Notes: generated by a model from the letters alone, not told the origin. Numbered from the stretch's first letter, positions 29,075 to 45,354 are shown. The stretch is DNA of 64,000 nucleotides from Eledone cirrhosa (GCA_964016885.1 OZ024751.1:23560001-23624000), one strand, 5' to 3'. Program-made: numbers and translations.

Positions 29075-31387
29075 ACGAGTTTATATCGGATTGAAATCTT
29101 GACCACCAACCATTGTTATAGTTGCCGTATGTCCACCCTCCTGCGGTGCCCTGCGACGGTATAAAAGGTAGCCATCATCACCAGTTTTGGTTTCATGGAT
29201 AAGTTTACGTGGGTAACGCTTTGTACATTTCCCATTATCCATACATGCAGATTTTGGATTTAGGTGGCCACACTGTCCATGGATCATGTTGGCTTTTATA
29301 ATTTGAAAAAGGACAGGGTCTACTTGGGGATTTGGCAATTCAGCACTTATAACGGAATCAACATCAGTTGAAATGAGTTTTTTTTAAAGCCAAAGGAAAA
29401 TATGGGCATGTGGGAGTCCTCTCTTCTCCCATTCTACGGTGTACATGAAACACCTAACTGGTCCAAAAGTTGTCCGTATTTTATAACATCCATCATTTTC
29501 ATAAGCTTTAGGTGAAACACTCTAGATGTGATATCATGCCATGAAGTAAGTGAGACTGGCTGTCAAACCATTTTGGATTGCATATGAAGGTGATAAAAAG
29601 ATCAGGACGGCCACAATGGCGGACATAGGTGAGAGCATCCTGCATTTTTTCATGCAGGTAAGGGGGGCCTCCAGTGTATGACGATGGGAGAATGACAGAA
29701 AGCCCAACATCCGAGCAATAACCTGATCACTTCGGTTGACTTCGTCACGTAGATGGCCGTATTCTTCTGAACGCAGTTCCTTTTGATGGTGTCTTATCCA
29801 TTGGAGGCGTTCAGTGTCAATCTGGAAAAGGAAGAAATTGTTGTGGTAAATATTGAGTGAACTGGCTAAATCATAAAATAATAAATAGTTACCTTAGCAA
29901 ATACGTCTACACAGTATTGATTGAGGAGCATCCGTGTTCTATGCAGAATGTTGATGTCGTTTTTGCGATCCATAAGCCTAAATGCATAAAATCCCATTTG
30001 TGAATGGTTTTCCGTGGTTGAAGATGCATTAAAGTTACCGGATTACACTTTGGCAAGTCAATGCGGTAGCCATCATCGCCAAAGGGGAACAGTAATGGAT
30101 ATTGGAGAGCATCATATGCAGGATGAAGTTCATTTATTTTTTGAAGACGCGAGTCCTGCCATTCAAGAACAATATCACGGTTTGAAGCACTCTCATTAGG
30201 ACTTGTTATAAGCACCGCAACTTCATCGGTTTGGGGTCTGTTAAAGGAACCCTGATTGTGCCCTGGTGGAGCGCGGTCACCTCGAATAACAACCTTGAAT
30301 TGATTGGTGTTAGCATCTCTACTCTGAAAAGCAGTTTTGAAAATGGTGACGTAGGGGTTTATGGTATGAAGCATATATTGAAGAGGCTGCAGAAGAAAAG
30401 GTATTGTTCCTTTAGCAACTGAAGCTCTTAGTGCAGTTTCTTCAGGTCCGTTCCCCATAAAGTAAATCTGGAGAAAACTGTGTTCATCGCCATCTTGTGG
30501 AATAAGGGAGCCAATTTGATGGTATTTTTGGCCTTGCACTTTGAATGTGGGCATATAATTTCTATGTTTTATTGGTGTATGACCAAAGCTTGTCATTTGG
30601 AAAGCCGAATTGTAGGATCTTATATTTCTAAGAAAGTGTTTGGAATCAGGGTGGTCTTCAAGCAGCAGAGAATTCAAAGGTTCGGCAGCGACTTGTAAAT
30701 GAGGCAATCTAACCGTTCCATTGGAGCAGCATATACCGGTAGATTCTGCTGGCCACCTCATTACGTTACAATGGACGCAAACACTTGACATGCTTCTAAT
30801 GATGATATGTGGGTGGGATGCGTAGTCCTCTTGGAGGTTGCAATGAAAAGCCTTCTTAGACCAGTAACAGGAAGAAACCCTCGGAAAGACATGAAAACCC
30901 ATTTTCCGTTGAGAATCAGCCGCAAGCCTTGTTGCCCTTTGGTCATCAGTCTCTAAAGCACGTCTATTTGAAGTAGAAGCAGCATCGCAAGCAAGCCAGC
31001 GTTCTGCTTGTTCAGCAGTCTGTAATGCTCTGGCGATCGAAGTAGAAGCAGCATTGCGAACACGCCGTAGCATACATTGTTCTTCCCTCTCGCTTGCGCG
31101 CAAAGAACGCAAAGCAAAAGCATTTCTTGTTTTTCTTCCAATGTGACTCTTGCTTTTTCGAGGCATTCTATGGAAAATCTGTAATTGAATAAATCTGAAA
31201 CAAATCAAATCAAAGAAATTTACCTCATTGCTGTTTATGGGAGTTCTAATATTTAGAGGTATATATAAATATACCTGCAAACATATGCATGTATTTATCT
31301 ATGCATGTATGTATATATAAAATATATACATATATAAATATACCTGAAACATATGTATGTATTTATCTATGCATGTATGCATATATG

Positions 31388-31443
<56 letters not shown>

Positions 31444-31554
31444 CGTTTCTGAATTTGTTTAGCAAGATTCTTTATCTGAAATCGTGTGTTGAAACCGATA
31501 TATTGTTATACTTTGGGAGGGTCATGTTGCCAATAAGAAACACACGCACCAGTT

Positions 31555-31627
<73 letters not shown>

Positions 31628-31983
31628 CTTCCCCTTTTTTCTTTGACTCTTTCTTTCTGTCGCTGTTTCCCCCCTGTAGGCATTATCTCTCTTTCTTTTT
31701 CAGTCCCTCTCTCTCTTCTACTCTGCACTTTCTATTTCATTCTCTTTCTCAACCGTGTTCCTGCTTACGGCAGTTCTAATGGAGATTTTTTTTACCGCAA
31801 AGTCACAGAAGGATTAGAAAAATGGCGATTATCACTTTAAAAGTAACGATTATGCAATAAATAGGTGTTATTGACGCGTCTCGCATCCTCCTTTGGCAAT
31901 GTGTAAAATTTTAGCGAGATCGGGTGAACAATACGCAAGTTATAATACTTTACACACTCAGACAGAACGGGACTTATATAGTA

Positions 31984-31985
<2 letters not shown>
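29075..31985 (-). mobile_element. Helitron, internally deleted (5' end and Rep N-half; helicase absent)
   Basis: 5' terminus TCTACTATATAA at 31985. Zn-finger CVHC..CCSNG, FLRNIRSYNSAFQMTSFG, YDALQYPLLFPFG, GRPDLFITFICNPKW and HUH motif VEWEKRGLPHAHI. Confidence 0.9.
29081..31166 (-). pseudogene. Disrupted Helitron Rep coding region with a 71-nt intron (29822-29892)
   Basis: ATG of MPRKSKSH at 31166. Frameshifts near 29990, 29700, 29550 and 29380. Splicing joins DVFAK to IDTERLQWIRHHQKELRSEEY. Confidence 0.8.
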
Positions 31986-32049
<64 letters not shown>

Positions 32050-32190
32050 AATTAAAATACTAGAGTGTGTTGGAGTTAAACACCCTCTTCATATTCTAGA
32101 AATGACAGTATAAGATATAGCTCAATGTAATTAAACAGAGCCGAAGAATTATAAAAAATAAACCAAAGAAGCCTTCAATACATCAAAAGT

Positions 32191-32244
32191 CTTTATTAGC
32201 CAACAATGTTTCGTCCTATTAAGGACTCATCAGGGCAAGTAAAG
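32191..32244 (-). ncRNA. Minimal type-I hammerhead ribozyme (family D)
   Basis: CTTTACTTGCC CTGATGA GTCC TTAATA GGAC GAAAC ATT GTT GGCTAATAAAG. Perfect 4-bp stem II; stem I has an internal loop. Confidence 0.75.
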
Positions 32245-32509
32245 CTACAAGAAGCACTATCGGCCAATACAAGTCAAAAGCTCAGAAGAATATGGAGTAT
32301 ACATCTATTAAAGCCCAGGAAGGATATCAAGGAAAAGTAGGCTAAGATTAAGAGTGAGCAGTTACAAACATAGATATAGACCAAATAGCAAGGAAGTGAT
32401 TAACATGTTGAACCACATTGTAAATATTATATAATGCAAAAATTTGAAACACAAATGGTAATATAATATTTTTATAATTTTTTATAATTTTTATAATTTT
32501 TATAATTTT

Positions 32510-32619
<110 letters not shown>

Positions 32620-32621
32620 GC

Positions 32622-32667
<46 letters not shown>

Positions 32668-33179
32668 GCACAGACATACACACGCACGCACGCACACACA
32701 CACATACACACACACACACACATATATATATAAGCAAGATAACAGGACAATATATTAAATCAATTCTGGTACAGAGCCCAGAGAAGTATTTACGTACGAA
32801 TTCTTAAAATAGTCATAGCTTTCAATAAAATGTGAAATTTAGATTTATTGAAATATATCAGATACCGAGAGACGGAATTCGATTACATCGTATGATTGGA
32901 TAATGTAAATTTATACACTTGGTAATATATATATTTATTTATGTTTGTAAACTGGCCAAGACATACATATTTAAAATATGTTACTCACTACTTCAAATCA
33001 TTTGTTCAATGTTCTTGTTGGATGTTTTATTTATTATTCGGGTCGGGAAAGTCCTGTAACACTTGATGGAGTTGTAGGGGCACCATATGAACGCTGCAAA
33101 GCAGTCAAACCGACTTTCTAATGATCTGCAAGTTTGCCGCATATAGACAGTAAAATAAATATCTATTAAAGTACTTGAC

Positions 33180-33323
33180 CAGGCATGGGCAACATTTTTC
33201 GAGCAGAGGGCCACATAGGATGTGTCCTATCATATGGCGGGCTGCACTTCTAAAATTCCGAAGCAGTTTTGAAATTAGGTGTGCCATTCAGAAAGCCAAA
33301 GGGGCTGCATTTTGCCCATCACT
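33180..33323. mobile_element. hAT-like MITE
   Basis: CAGGCATGGGCAA...TTGCCCATCAC terminal inverted repeats with subterminal GGGCCACA/GGGCTGCA. Confidence 0.55.
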
Positions 33324-33961
33324 CTACTAGACGTGGAAACCTAAAGTTTAAATGGGTTCACAATTTTCAGTGTCGAAGAAAAGAATTCATATGCAAGTAG
33401 ATAGCCTGAATATTATAGGAACAGATAAGGCACCCTTTTCTTATGTCATGGTATTGATGGAACCTCCGTCAGCTTCGACGATGCACAACGAACGTTCAAA
33501 CGATGCACACAAATGTCCAAACGACGGACACGAACGTCCAAATCGTGAAATAAAGTGCTTGAGTATTTCACATAGCCATGACTACATCTATACTATATAT
33601 CTATTATACCTTGTATTGCACACAAAGCTGTTTCGTTCGAGAAGAGAAAACAGAGACATCGATAACCATTATATATATATATAAATATATTAATAAAAAG
33701 AATAACAGTATTTAATTATTTTCTCATATATGCTGATGCATGTAAATAAAACTGTAAAATATAGTGCACATAAGAGCATTTAATAACTTAATTAATATAT
33801 CAATTTCCATACACTTTTTCCCATGGGATAATTCGGAAAATTCTAAAAAAGTTAATGTGATTGAAAGTCTAGACATCAAACAGCGACTTTTACACAAGGC
33901 TATTTATTTAATTACAGATATGTGGTACTTGTGGTAAGCAATAAATAAACACAAAAATCAA

Positions 33962-34075
<114 letters not shown>

Positions 34076-34381
34076 GAAGATTGTGGAATTGAAAATAGCA
34101 CGAAAAATATATTTTAAGGATGTTTTTTTTCTTCTTCTTTGATTTATCAAAGTGACATTATTGAAAAAATGAGAGGAACAATTTAAAAAAAAAAAATCTG
34201 ATCAAATGTTGAATATTACAATTAAAAAGAGTTAAAGAGAATTAAAAGTTAAAGATTTTAAATTGAGTGTTGAAGAAGGGAATAAAGAATCATTGTTGCA
34301 TCATATACATATTTGATTACATATTACATATATTTCACTATCGATCAGCTCGACGAACGATCCATTAATGATCGAACCTGA

Positions 34382-34415
<34 letters not shown>

Positions 34416-34419
<4 letters not shown>

Positions 34420-34742
34420 GGAGGTGAGTTTTATTGTAGTACAATAAAGCAATGCAGATATCGGATAAGAAGCACTCTACAGTTTGTAGGACTGGAGTAT
34501 ACATAATATATGAGAACAAAAGATGGTTAAAAGAGTTCCATGTATCACACATCAATCTAAAACTACTTTTCATATGTTGATTTAAACTGCACTATCCACA
34601 AGTGTTTTTTAACCTTCATATCATGTCTTCTATTTTATCTGATGAAAACACAAATATTATTGCATGATGATATTTGTTTTGAAATGCGCATAATAAAATA
34701 CATGGAACTCTTTTAACCATCTTTTGTTCTTATATATTATAT
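34416..34742. mobile_element. Hammerhead element family A, inverted pair (HHR at 34631-34700 +)
   Basis: Homologous to 6676-7292, with an intact CTGATGA..GAAATGCGCATA core. Confidence 0.78.
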
Positions 34743-34895
34743 ATATATATAATACAAGGACGATTTGTTAAGCCTACATTACGTTTATTGATCGGTGATG
34801 CGCATTTCGCTATTGATCAATTCAAGGTCCGATCTGTTTCGATCTGGCCCGATTCTGGACTCAAAAGCTCGTCGGACCTCTGGATATATATATAT

Positions 34896-35852
<957 letters not shown>

Positions 35853-35935
35853 TGCCTGTACGGTTCTTATATATTTGATATATATTTATCCTTATCGAGC
35901 CCTCTTTGGATTTTAGTCTTCAAATTTATTATTAT

Positions 35936-35990
<55 letters not shown>

Positions 35991-36794
35991 GATTAAACCA
36001 ATATTAAACTAGGTAGAACATAATTCAACAGAGAACTCGGTTCTTGGAATAGCAGAGACTGACTAGATTAGAAATAGTCGCCGACCCAATAGCTGAGCCC
36101 TTGCAGTTTCGTCAGCTAACTCAGAATTAGCTGTTGGAACAGCAACAATTTAGCCGTTGGGCCCATTCTCTTTCCAATAAGTATCTTTAGCTATCTATAT
36201 ACTACTATCTTTATCCATCTATATGCCACTAAAACTCTGTGATTGCGTGTTTGTCTATAATATAATACACCCAAAACGGCGCATAATGGGAAATACTTTG
36301 AAAGAAGTTGCCTCTTTCTATATATATAACCCTCTCGTTCTACATATTTTAACCCTCCCCGTTTCTATATTCTATATATATTACTAGACTATCCGTGACT
36401 CAAAGGGATACAGTTGATCTACTTTTATTATAAAATTGATTTTACGAATGAATTGGCGAAGGAGCACTCAATATTAAAGAATTTAAACTTTATTTCTTTT
36501 ACGCCACCTTTTCACACGTGCTAGCATTTGAAAATAATTAGCATAAGTAGTATACTTAGCACATAGTGTTAATTAAGTTAGTTTAAAAATCAATTAAACA
36601 CCTTTCAAACGACTTTTGCGACAGTTTCTAATATCATTAGAAATACTTACTGACGCAGTACTCATCTGTCTGTGTATATATATATACGCAAGTGTGTATT
36701 TATGTGTGTAGGAGTTCTTATCTGCGTATATATATATATACACAGACATATATAAACGCAGACACACATGCACACATATATATATATATATAGC

Positions 36795-36900
36795 GAATTG
36801 GATTCACAATCGTAAGATTGTGAGGTTGATTCCCGGACCAGGCGATGCGTTATGTCCTTGAGCAAGAGACTTTATTTGATGTTGCTCCTGCATGGATTTG
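36795..36900 (+). mobile_element. tRNA-derived SINE (second family) fragment
   Basis: GGTTGATTCCC..GCGTTATGTCCTTGAGCAAGAGACTTTA. Confidence 0.6.
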
Positions 36901-37259
36901 CGACCGGTAGATTGTATTAGCAATCGGAAAATACCAATGGAAACATCGTTTCCTCTGTCCGATTAATGAAGTCTGGGATTTTGTGAGATCGACCCTCGAT
37001 ATATATATATATATATATAGAATAGAAAACGAAAAAACAGTGATGCATCTGAACTCAAAGTATTGTGTGTTACAATTGTTTCGCCGACGGACAGCTCGAG
37101 ACGCGATCATTGTGTGGATCTGTCTGATTCTGGACCCGCAGGTTCGACGGACATGTCTAATGATTTCGGAGCATATTCGTGCTCAACCGGCATACCGCCT
37201 ATGGAAGCCTCTTAGCTACCATCAGACCCCCCCCCCACACACACACACATATATATATG

Positions 37260-37298
<39 letters not shown>

Positions 37299-38151
37299 TT
37301 TCATAATGATGTCAGTTTATACTGAAACTGAGGCGTTTATGGATATGACCGATATATCTTCTTTCAACAAGAAGTGTTGCCAATAAAAACATGGCTAGTT
37401 ATGAAATGTGATATTAATATTAAAAAAAAAATTCAAAATGTCATGAATTTAATTGATTGGTTCAATGCAGGAAGAACAAAAGCGCCAACATGTCCGCATT
37501 GTTCTATATACAAATGTCTATATTTATATTTTGTTCAGTGTTAATTAGAAAAAGAATTATGAAATGAAATGAAATGAATATAAATTATCAAAACAAAATT
37601 TTGTCTTCTTTTACGTTTCTAAAGAATGCCAATACAATATAAAAAAAAAAGAAAAAAAAAAAAATAGAGCAAAGCATTGCAACTGATGATATAAATTAAA
37701 AAAGATATCCCTGATCATGTATGTAATATGTTATTAATATTTTCAACTTCTAAAGAATTCGGAGGAAAATGTCAACAGTCTCGAGAACAAAGTTAAGAAA
37801 AAGAAAAAGAAACAAATGTAAATGCGAAGATGAATATTAACTAGACAATGTATAGTTTGAGATCTTAATTAAAAGAAAAATACATTTTTTTATTTCATAA
37901 AATTAATTATTACTGACAGAATTTAATGCAGCAAACTCAAAAGTGCTGAATTATTGGAAAAGTTCCGATTTGAAAAGAATTCAATTTAGAAATTTGGTAG
38001 GGATATATTATTTGGTACAGAGTATCATGTACACTAATGTTACTGAACTTATATATATATATACACATATATATATATATATATAGGAACGAGTAGGACC
38101 CCGACGGCTGAGCTCAAGCCGTTTCGACGGCTAATTCTGGACATTTCCATC

Positions 38152-38227
<76 letters not shown>

Positions 38228-38233
38228 TATATA

Positions 38234-38349
<116 letters not shown>

Positions 38350-38391
38350 CAATATATTAACAAATGGAAACTATATTTATAAAACCATATT

Positions 38392-38457
38392 TATTTCATT
38401 ATACATATTTCAAGGGCCACCAAAGCAAACTATGGTGCGCTTTCATCAGATAAAATA
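38392..38457 (-). ncRNA. Minimal type-I hammerhead ribozyme (family B) with inverted partial copy at 38525-38592
   Basis: Minus strand ATATTTTAT CTGATGA AAGCGCACCA..TGGTGGCCCTT GAAA TATGTA TA ATGAAATA. Confidence 0.75.
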
Positions 38458-38679
38458 TAATATAGGTTAGTTTTATAAATAAATATTGACATACTCTTAA
38501 AAAATGCAACCATTCTGGTTGGAGTCTCCTGAAATATGTATATTGAAATAAATATGGTTTTATAATATAGTTTCCATTTGTTAATATATTATATATTTAC
38601 TCCAATAATTTGTTGAGTGCTTTATATCAGTTATAAAAATATTTAGCTTGTATCCCAACAAATTAAATATAACCTCTAT

Positions 38680-38722
<43 letters not shown>

Positions 38723-39270
38723 TTGCGAGGTATTTGATATGAAATCGTGTGTCGAAACAAATATTGTTATACTTGGGGAGGGTCATATTGTTGTAATAAT
38801 ATTGCCAGAATTAATAATAGAACACACCCACTGTTTGGTTGGTTTTCGCTTCTGTATCTTTTATATCAGTTAATTTATTGGGTCCTCAATGTTTACCATT
38901 GACTGACCAACGGTCAAAAATATAGATATAATATAGACACAAAAACATATATATAGTCTAACAAAGTTCTTTCGTTGCACATCTGCAATATCGTCAGTAG
39001 TGCGATTATGTGTCCTCCTGTTGTATTGTATGTCTACGCCATCATTATTTAATCTGTTTATTTATTTATTTATTTATTTATTTATTTTTGTCTTCCTCTC
39101 TGCGTGTGTGTATAGTGTTTGAAGTGTGTTCGCGTTTAATTTAAAAATATTTTTTAAAAATCCATACGTATTAGAAATGAGGAATTTAAAACCTTTTAAA
39201 GTGATTCCTCATATGATGCCCGTCTTCTAGAACGTTCTAAAAGTTTACTTGGTTCACTGTGGCTAACGTG

Positions 39271-39339
<69 letters not shown>

Positions 39340-39526
39340 CATACATACATACACACACATATATATATATTTATATATATATATATAAATGAAGTATTTC
39401 CGTAGGAAAGGTAAAGGAAAAAAACGTGCTCTATGTAGGTTACAGAGCTTTTTAGTTATGTAATAAACAACATAAGATAATTCGTTTCTTGAAGAGCTTG
39501 ACACTTGCATTATGTTGTTTATTACA

Positions 39527-39590
<64 letters not shown>

Positions 39591-40173
39591 TATATATAAA
39601 TATATATATATATATAGGCAAAGTTGATACTGGTGCGGTTAGAACATGAATCGGAGAGAGTTAGATCGTATAAATCTAAATATTCTATGAGACATTCGAA
39701 AGACTTCGCCTATTAGTTGCTTTTGCAATGGGATATGATGACAGAAATATATGTAATCTGTTTCATGTCTAGTAATCAGAACACTGGGCAAGAGAAGCTT
39801 GAAGACAACGTGGAATAAATTATTAAATTTCGAAACATCAGGTTGTTACTGGTTGTTATCAACTTACGAAATAATAATTTGGAGCATACAGATATTGTAA
39901 CATTAAGTGAACGAGATAAGAAATGGAATGAAATGGTTAATGATAGTCATAGTGAGAAAACCACGATGAGAGTCGACCAGAAACTCTACAATAACTATTA
40001 TAGAAAGCGAACTAAGGAATAATGTGATTGTACAGTAATGGAGTATAAAAACCATTCCAGATACAACTATCACAATAATTAGTTTGAATATCGTAAAGTT
40101 TAGTTAAACTTTGAAATAGGTATTATATATTGATTTTTCACTCTAAATTTCCGAAACCTGCTTCATTTTTCAC

Positions 40174-40366
40174 TCTAACTTTCCGAAACCTGTTTGACTT
40201 CAGCAATGATATTTTCAATCTGAAATTGTGGATTAAATTCAAATAATTATACAGCTGCTTAGCATTTTGGGTAAATACTAAGCAGCTGTATAATTATTTG
40301 AATTTAATCCACAATTTCAGATTGAAAATATCATTGCTGAAGTCAAGCAGGTTTCGGAAAGTTAGA
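40174..40366. repeat. Near-perfect fold-back inverted repeat (~95-bp arms)
   Basis: TCTAACTTTCCGAAACCTG..CAGCTGCTTAG pairs with CTAAGCAGCTG..CAGGTTTCGGAAAGTTAGA. Confidence 0.85.
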
Positions 40367-40818
40367 TGCAATAACATTTAGCATATAAATTCTCTGTGAT
40401 AAATACGTTAAGCCCAATGGCAATTATACCATGTCTTCGTAGAATTAAGGAACTTGCTTGATGGTCTAGCATAATGGTTTATGGGCCAGGAAGAAGAAGA
40501 TATTCAGCATGGGACAGAGTCTGGCCTATATCAGCTAGCAGGCCCTGAAAGAGAAAAAAACAAACAAAAAACAAAAAATAAGGAGCATAAGGTGGTACAT
40601 GATGCAATAGGTCAAAGGGCGTGCCGTAAGAACTGTCACAATTAATTAGTTATGTGATTAATTATCTTATAAATAAAACTGTTGAGAAAATATGTACGGT
40701 GATTGTGTTTCGATTGTCAGTAAGACCCTGACAAATTACCACAAAACACAAACACACACACGCCTATACACACACGCACACACACACACACGCATATATA
40801 TATACATATATATATAGG

Positions 40819-40908
<90 letters not shown>

Positions 40909-41968
40909 AATATATATATTTGCATACATATACGAATAGGATTCACAAGACATAGATAATGAAGAAAAATTAATGAGTCTACCAAATTAATCTTAATCTG
41001 ACAAGTCCACAGTGTAAAAGCTATGTTATATGTTTGGCATCACCCAAAATAGATCTTTTATTTGATTTCGTTGAACTTTCTACTAAATTTAAACCCCAAA
41101 CTCTGATGAAATGTCAGGGAAAGATTTGTTAGAAAACCAGAAAGATTATATTTGTCATTGATAACATTTTGCAATTAGTTGCCTTAAAATATCTGAATAA
41201 ATCATCCCAGATAATGAAGTATTTAAGAGTGAATACAGCAACTGCTCATTTAACGACTGTTTCACCGGCATGATCGTAAAATGAATTATTAGCTGTTAAA
41301 TTCATAAAATTACATAAGCGTAACAAAATGTAGTACCCAAAAGATTTATTGCCGTAAATAGTTAAGGTCGTAAGTATTAACGTTCGTTAAATGGCATAAT
41401 ACACACAGTATGCTTCAATGACAGGGCTGTAATTTTACCAGAGTTTAAGGGCTCAAAGCATGGAATTTTCAGAACGAAATTGGCTCGTCTGATGTTGAAA
41501 AAGAACAGCAAAAACCAACAATAAAAAAAATCTATATGAAAGTTAGAGACAAAGGGAGAAATTGGCAGTGAAAGGGTAATTTATATTCGCCCTTTAAATC
41601 CCAATCAGGTTACTTAAACCACTAATAGCCTTCAGGACGTTTTTAACGATACATTATCCTATTTCATTTTATATCTAGAGGAAGAACAAACAAACCAGGC
41701 AAATAACTCATTAGCTGAATTTGTGAATGAACGCAGGTAAATATTTCTTGTAATCGATACGGTATATATATCAGGAAGGTTATCAACGATTTTCTATGTA
41801 TGCGAACCTGAGCTGTAAGATATGGCTGAGCTTAATTGTTTAACAGCAATCTCATATGTCGTGGAAATAATTGTTATGGTCTATTTTACTATTGAACTTA
41901 TGAAATAAATACACACCAACACACACATATGCATATACAGAGGCGCGCACACACACAGGCACACATGC

Positions 41969-42045
<77 letters not shown>

Positions 42046-42094
42046 CACACACACATATATATATATATGTATACATACAATATATATATATATA

Positions 42095-42425
42095 GGGTAG
42101 GAGGTGTGTTTTATTGCGGCACAATAAAGCAATGCAAATATCGGATAAGTAGCACTCTACAGTTTGTAGGACTGGAGTATAAATAATATAAGATCAAAAG
42201 ATGGTTAAAAGAGTTCCAAGTATTTTATTATGCGCATTTCAAAAACAAATATCATCATGGGATGATATCTGCGTTTTCATCAGATAATATAGGGATACAT
42301 GATATGAAGCTTAAAAACCACATATTATCTGATGAAAACGCAGATATCATCCCATGATGATATTTGTTTTTGAAATGCGCATAATAAAATACTTGGAACT
42401 CTTTTAACCATCTTTTGATCTTATG
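42095..42425. mobile_element. Hammerhead element family A, inverted pair (HHRs 42221-42290 - and 42322-42391 +)
   Basis: Same core as the other family A copies. Stem II 5' arm GCAGATATCAT differs from ACAAATGTTAT but still pairs with ATGATATTTGT. Confidence 0.8.
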
Positions 42426-42741
42426 TATATATATATATATACATACAATATATATATGCACATACAAATATATATTCACACACACATATATACCTCTTTC
42501 TATCACTCTCTTTTATTCTCTCTCTCACTCTCTCTGTCTCTCTTATCTCTTTGCCTGTCTGTCTGCCTCACCCTCTCCTCTCACACTCCCTCTCTGATTC
42601 ACACACACACACGCGCAGACTCACACAAACACGCATACACGCATACACGCACACACACACATACATAGACACGGGGAATACACATTTATACATATTTTCG
42701 CTGAGTGAAGAAATAATTATAAATGCACGCAATTATTGGGA

Positions 42742-44163
42742 AGGGGCGGTGGATTGGCAGTATCGGTAGAGGGTCGGACGCCATGCTTTGCAGCATAGAG
42801 ATACGTCCCTTTACGGTCTGAGTTAAAATCTCGGCGAGGTTAATTTTGCCTTTCATCCTTACAGGGTCGATAAAATAAAGTACCAGTAATGCACTGGGAT
42901 AATTGCTGGCCTTGTACCTAAAGTAGAAACAATTATTAAGTTTAACTTTGCCTTTCATCCTTACGGGGTCGATAGAATAAAGTACCAGTAATGCACTGGG
43001 ATAATTGCTGGCCTTGTACCTAAAGTAGAAACAATTATTAAGTTTAACTTTGCCTTTCATCCTTACGGGGTCGATAGAATAAAGTACCAGTAATGCACTG
43101 GGATAATTGCTGGCCTTGTACCTAAAGTAGAAACAATTATTAAGTTTAACTTTGCCTTTCATCCTTACGGGGTCGATAGAATAAAGTACCAGTAATGCAC
43201 TGGGATAATTGCTGGCCTTGTACCTAAAGTAGAAACAATTATTAAGTTTAACTTTGCCTTTCATCCTTACGGGGTCGATAGAATAAAGTACCAGTAATGC
43301 ACTGGGACAATTGCTGGCCTTGTACCTAAGTAGAAAACAATTATTAAGTTTAACTTTGCCTTTCATCCTTACGGGGTCGATAGAATAAAGTACCAGTAAT
43401 GCACTGGGATAATTGCTGGCCTTGTACCTAAAGTAGAAAACAATTATTAAGTTTAACTTTGCCTTTCATCCTTACGGGGTCGATAGAATAAAGTACCAGT
43501 AATGCACTGGGATAATTGCTGGCCTTGTACCTAAAGTAGAAAACAATTATTAAGTTTAACTTTGCCTTTCATCCTTACGGGGTCGATAGAATAAAGTACC
43601 AGTAATGCACTGGGATAATTGCTGGCCTTGTACCTAAAGTAGAAAACAATTATTAAGTTTAACTTTGCCTTTCATCCTTACGGGGTCGATAGAATAAAGT
43701 ACCAGTAATGCACTGGGATAATTGCTGGCCTTGTACCTAAAGTAGAAAACAATTATTAAGTTTAACTTTGCCTTTCATCCTTACGGGGTCGATAGAATAA
43801 AGTACCAGTAATGCACTGGGATAATTGCTGGCCTTGTACCTAAAGTAGAAAACAATTATTAAGTTTAACTTTGCCTTTCATCCTTACGGGGTCGATAGAA
43901 TAAAGTACCAGTAATGCACTGGGATAATTACTGGCCTTGTACCTAAAGTAGAAACAATTATTAAGTTTAACTTTGCCTTTCATCCTTACGGGGTCGATAG
44001 AATAAAGTACCAGTAATGCACTGAGATAATTGCTGGCCTTGTACCTAAAGTAGAAACAATTATTAAGTTTAACTTTGCCTTTCATCCTTACGGGGTCGAT
44101 AGAATAAAGTACCAGTAATGTACTGAGATAATTGCTGGCCTTGTACCTAAAGTAGAAACAATC
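42742..44163 (+). repeat. SINE followed by a tandem array of its 3' 102/103 bp (13 units including the SINE's own)
   Basis: GTTTAACTTTGCC recurs at 42940, 43042, 43144, 43246, 43348, 43451 ... 44067. Confidence 0.92.
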
Positions 44164-44720
44164 AATTACGTATTTAGCACACAAGATTGATATGATTCAT
44201 TGACAGATAGTACAAGACACACTATTAGTAAGGAAGTGTACAACAGCTATCTGGTGCTGCATATCAGTAATACGGCTTTTCATATGCTGTACTTAATCGG
44301 TTCATTTAATGTTCATCCAATACTGAAACCTTCCTAGATACTTAATGACACTGAGACCAGGTCATACGATAGTAATAACCTGATATATGTTAGTAATTAT
44401 TGAACGAGAAATCTTATATGACACAGCTTGGTGTCCTAACCTTTTTTCTGTTGTTGTTGTTGTTGTTGTTGTCTATACTTTTACTGTTATATAGTAATAT
44501 ATCCTCACTACATACACATACAGACATATACACACATATACACAGACAAATTTACACACATACACACACATTTATATATGTATATATACATGCATATGTA
44601 TGAATACATCAATGCAGACACATACATACATAGATACACATACACATATACATAGATATACATGCATATATACACATTAATGTACATCCATAAATACATT
44701 AACGTACATCCATAAATAAA

Positions 44721-44771
<51 letters not shown>

Positions 44772-44852
44772 CTGTACTATACATAGAGCACTCTCTTTTG
44801 TCCTTTACCTTTTCTACGGAAATACATAACATACATACACACACACATGTAA

Positions 44853-44984
<132 letters not shown>

Positions 44985-45354
44985 TTATACATACACACAT
45001 GCATGTATAATAGAAGGAGCGAAAACAAAACATAGCCAGTTCACTGAGAAGACAATATTCAGTTATTTGAAATGACAAATTGCATGACATACAGTCTACG
45101 GCATAGAGGGTATAAAACACTTGAATACGATAGCAGAGATTAAAGATACATTTAGTATATCACATCTTAAAAGTGGGAGAAGATGTAAAAAAAAGTGCGA
45201 AAGAGGAAAGAGAAGAAAAAACAAAAGGGGAGATAACTGAGCGGAAAAAGGGGAATACAATGATAAAGAAGAGTTCCAAACTATTACCATAAACATTTTT
45301 TTACGTGTTTACGGTTAGCTTCAAACGGAAGCGATACTTCCATTGCCACATTAA

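Noticed and set aside
41100-41800. Possible decayed GIY-YIG region
   Set aside because: No clear motifs recoverable by eye.
42840-44163. CRISPR-like array
   Set aside because: No unique spacers; units are contiguous SINE sequence in eukaryotic DNA.
42686-44184. Repetitive 226-aa and 114-aa ORFs
   Set aside because: Antisense reading of the 102-bp SINE-derived tandem unit.
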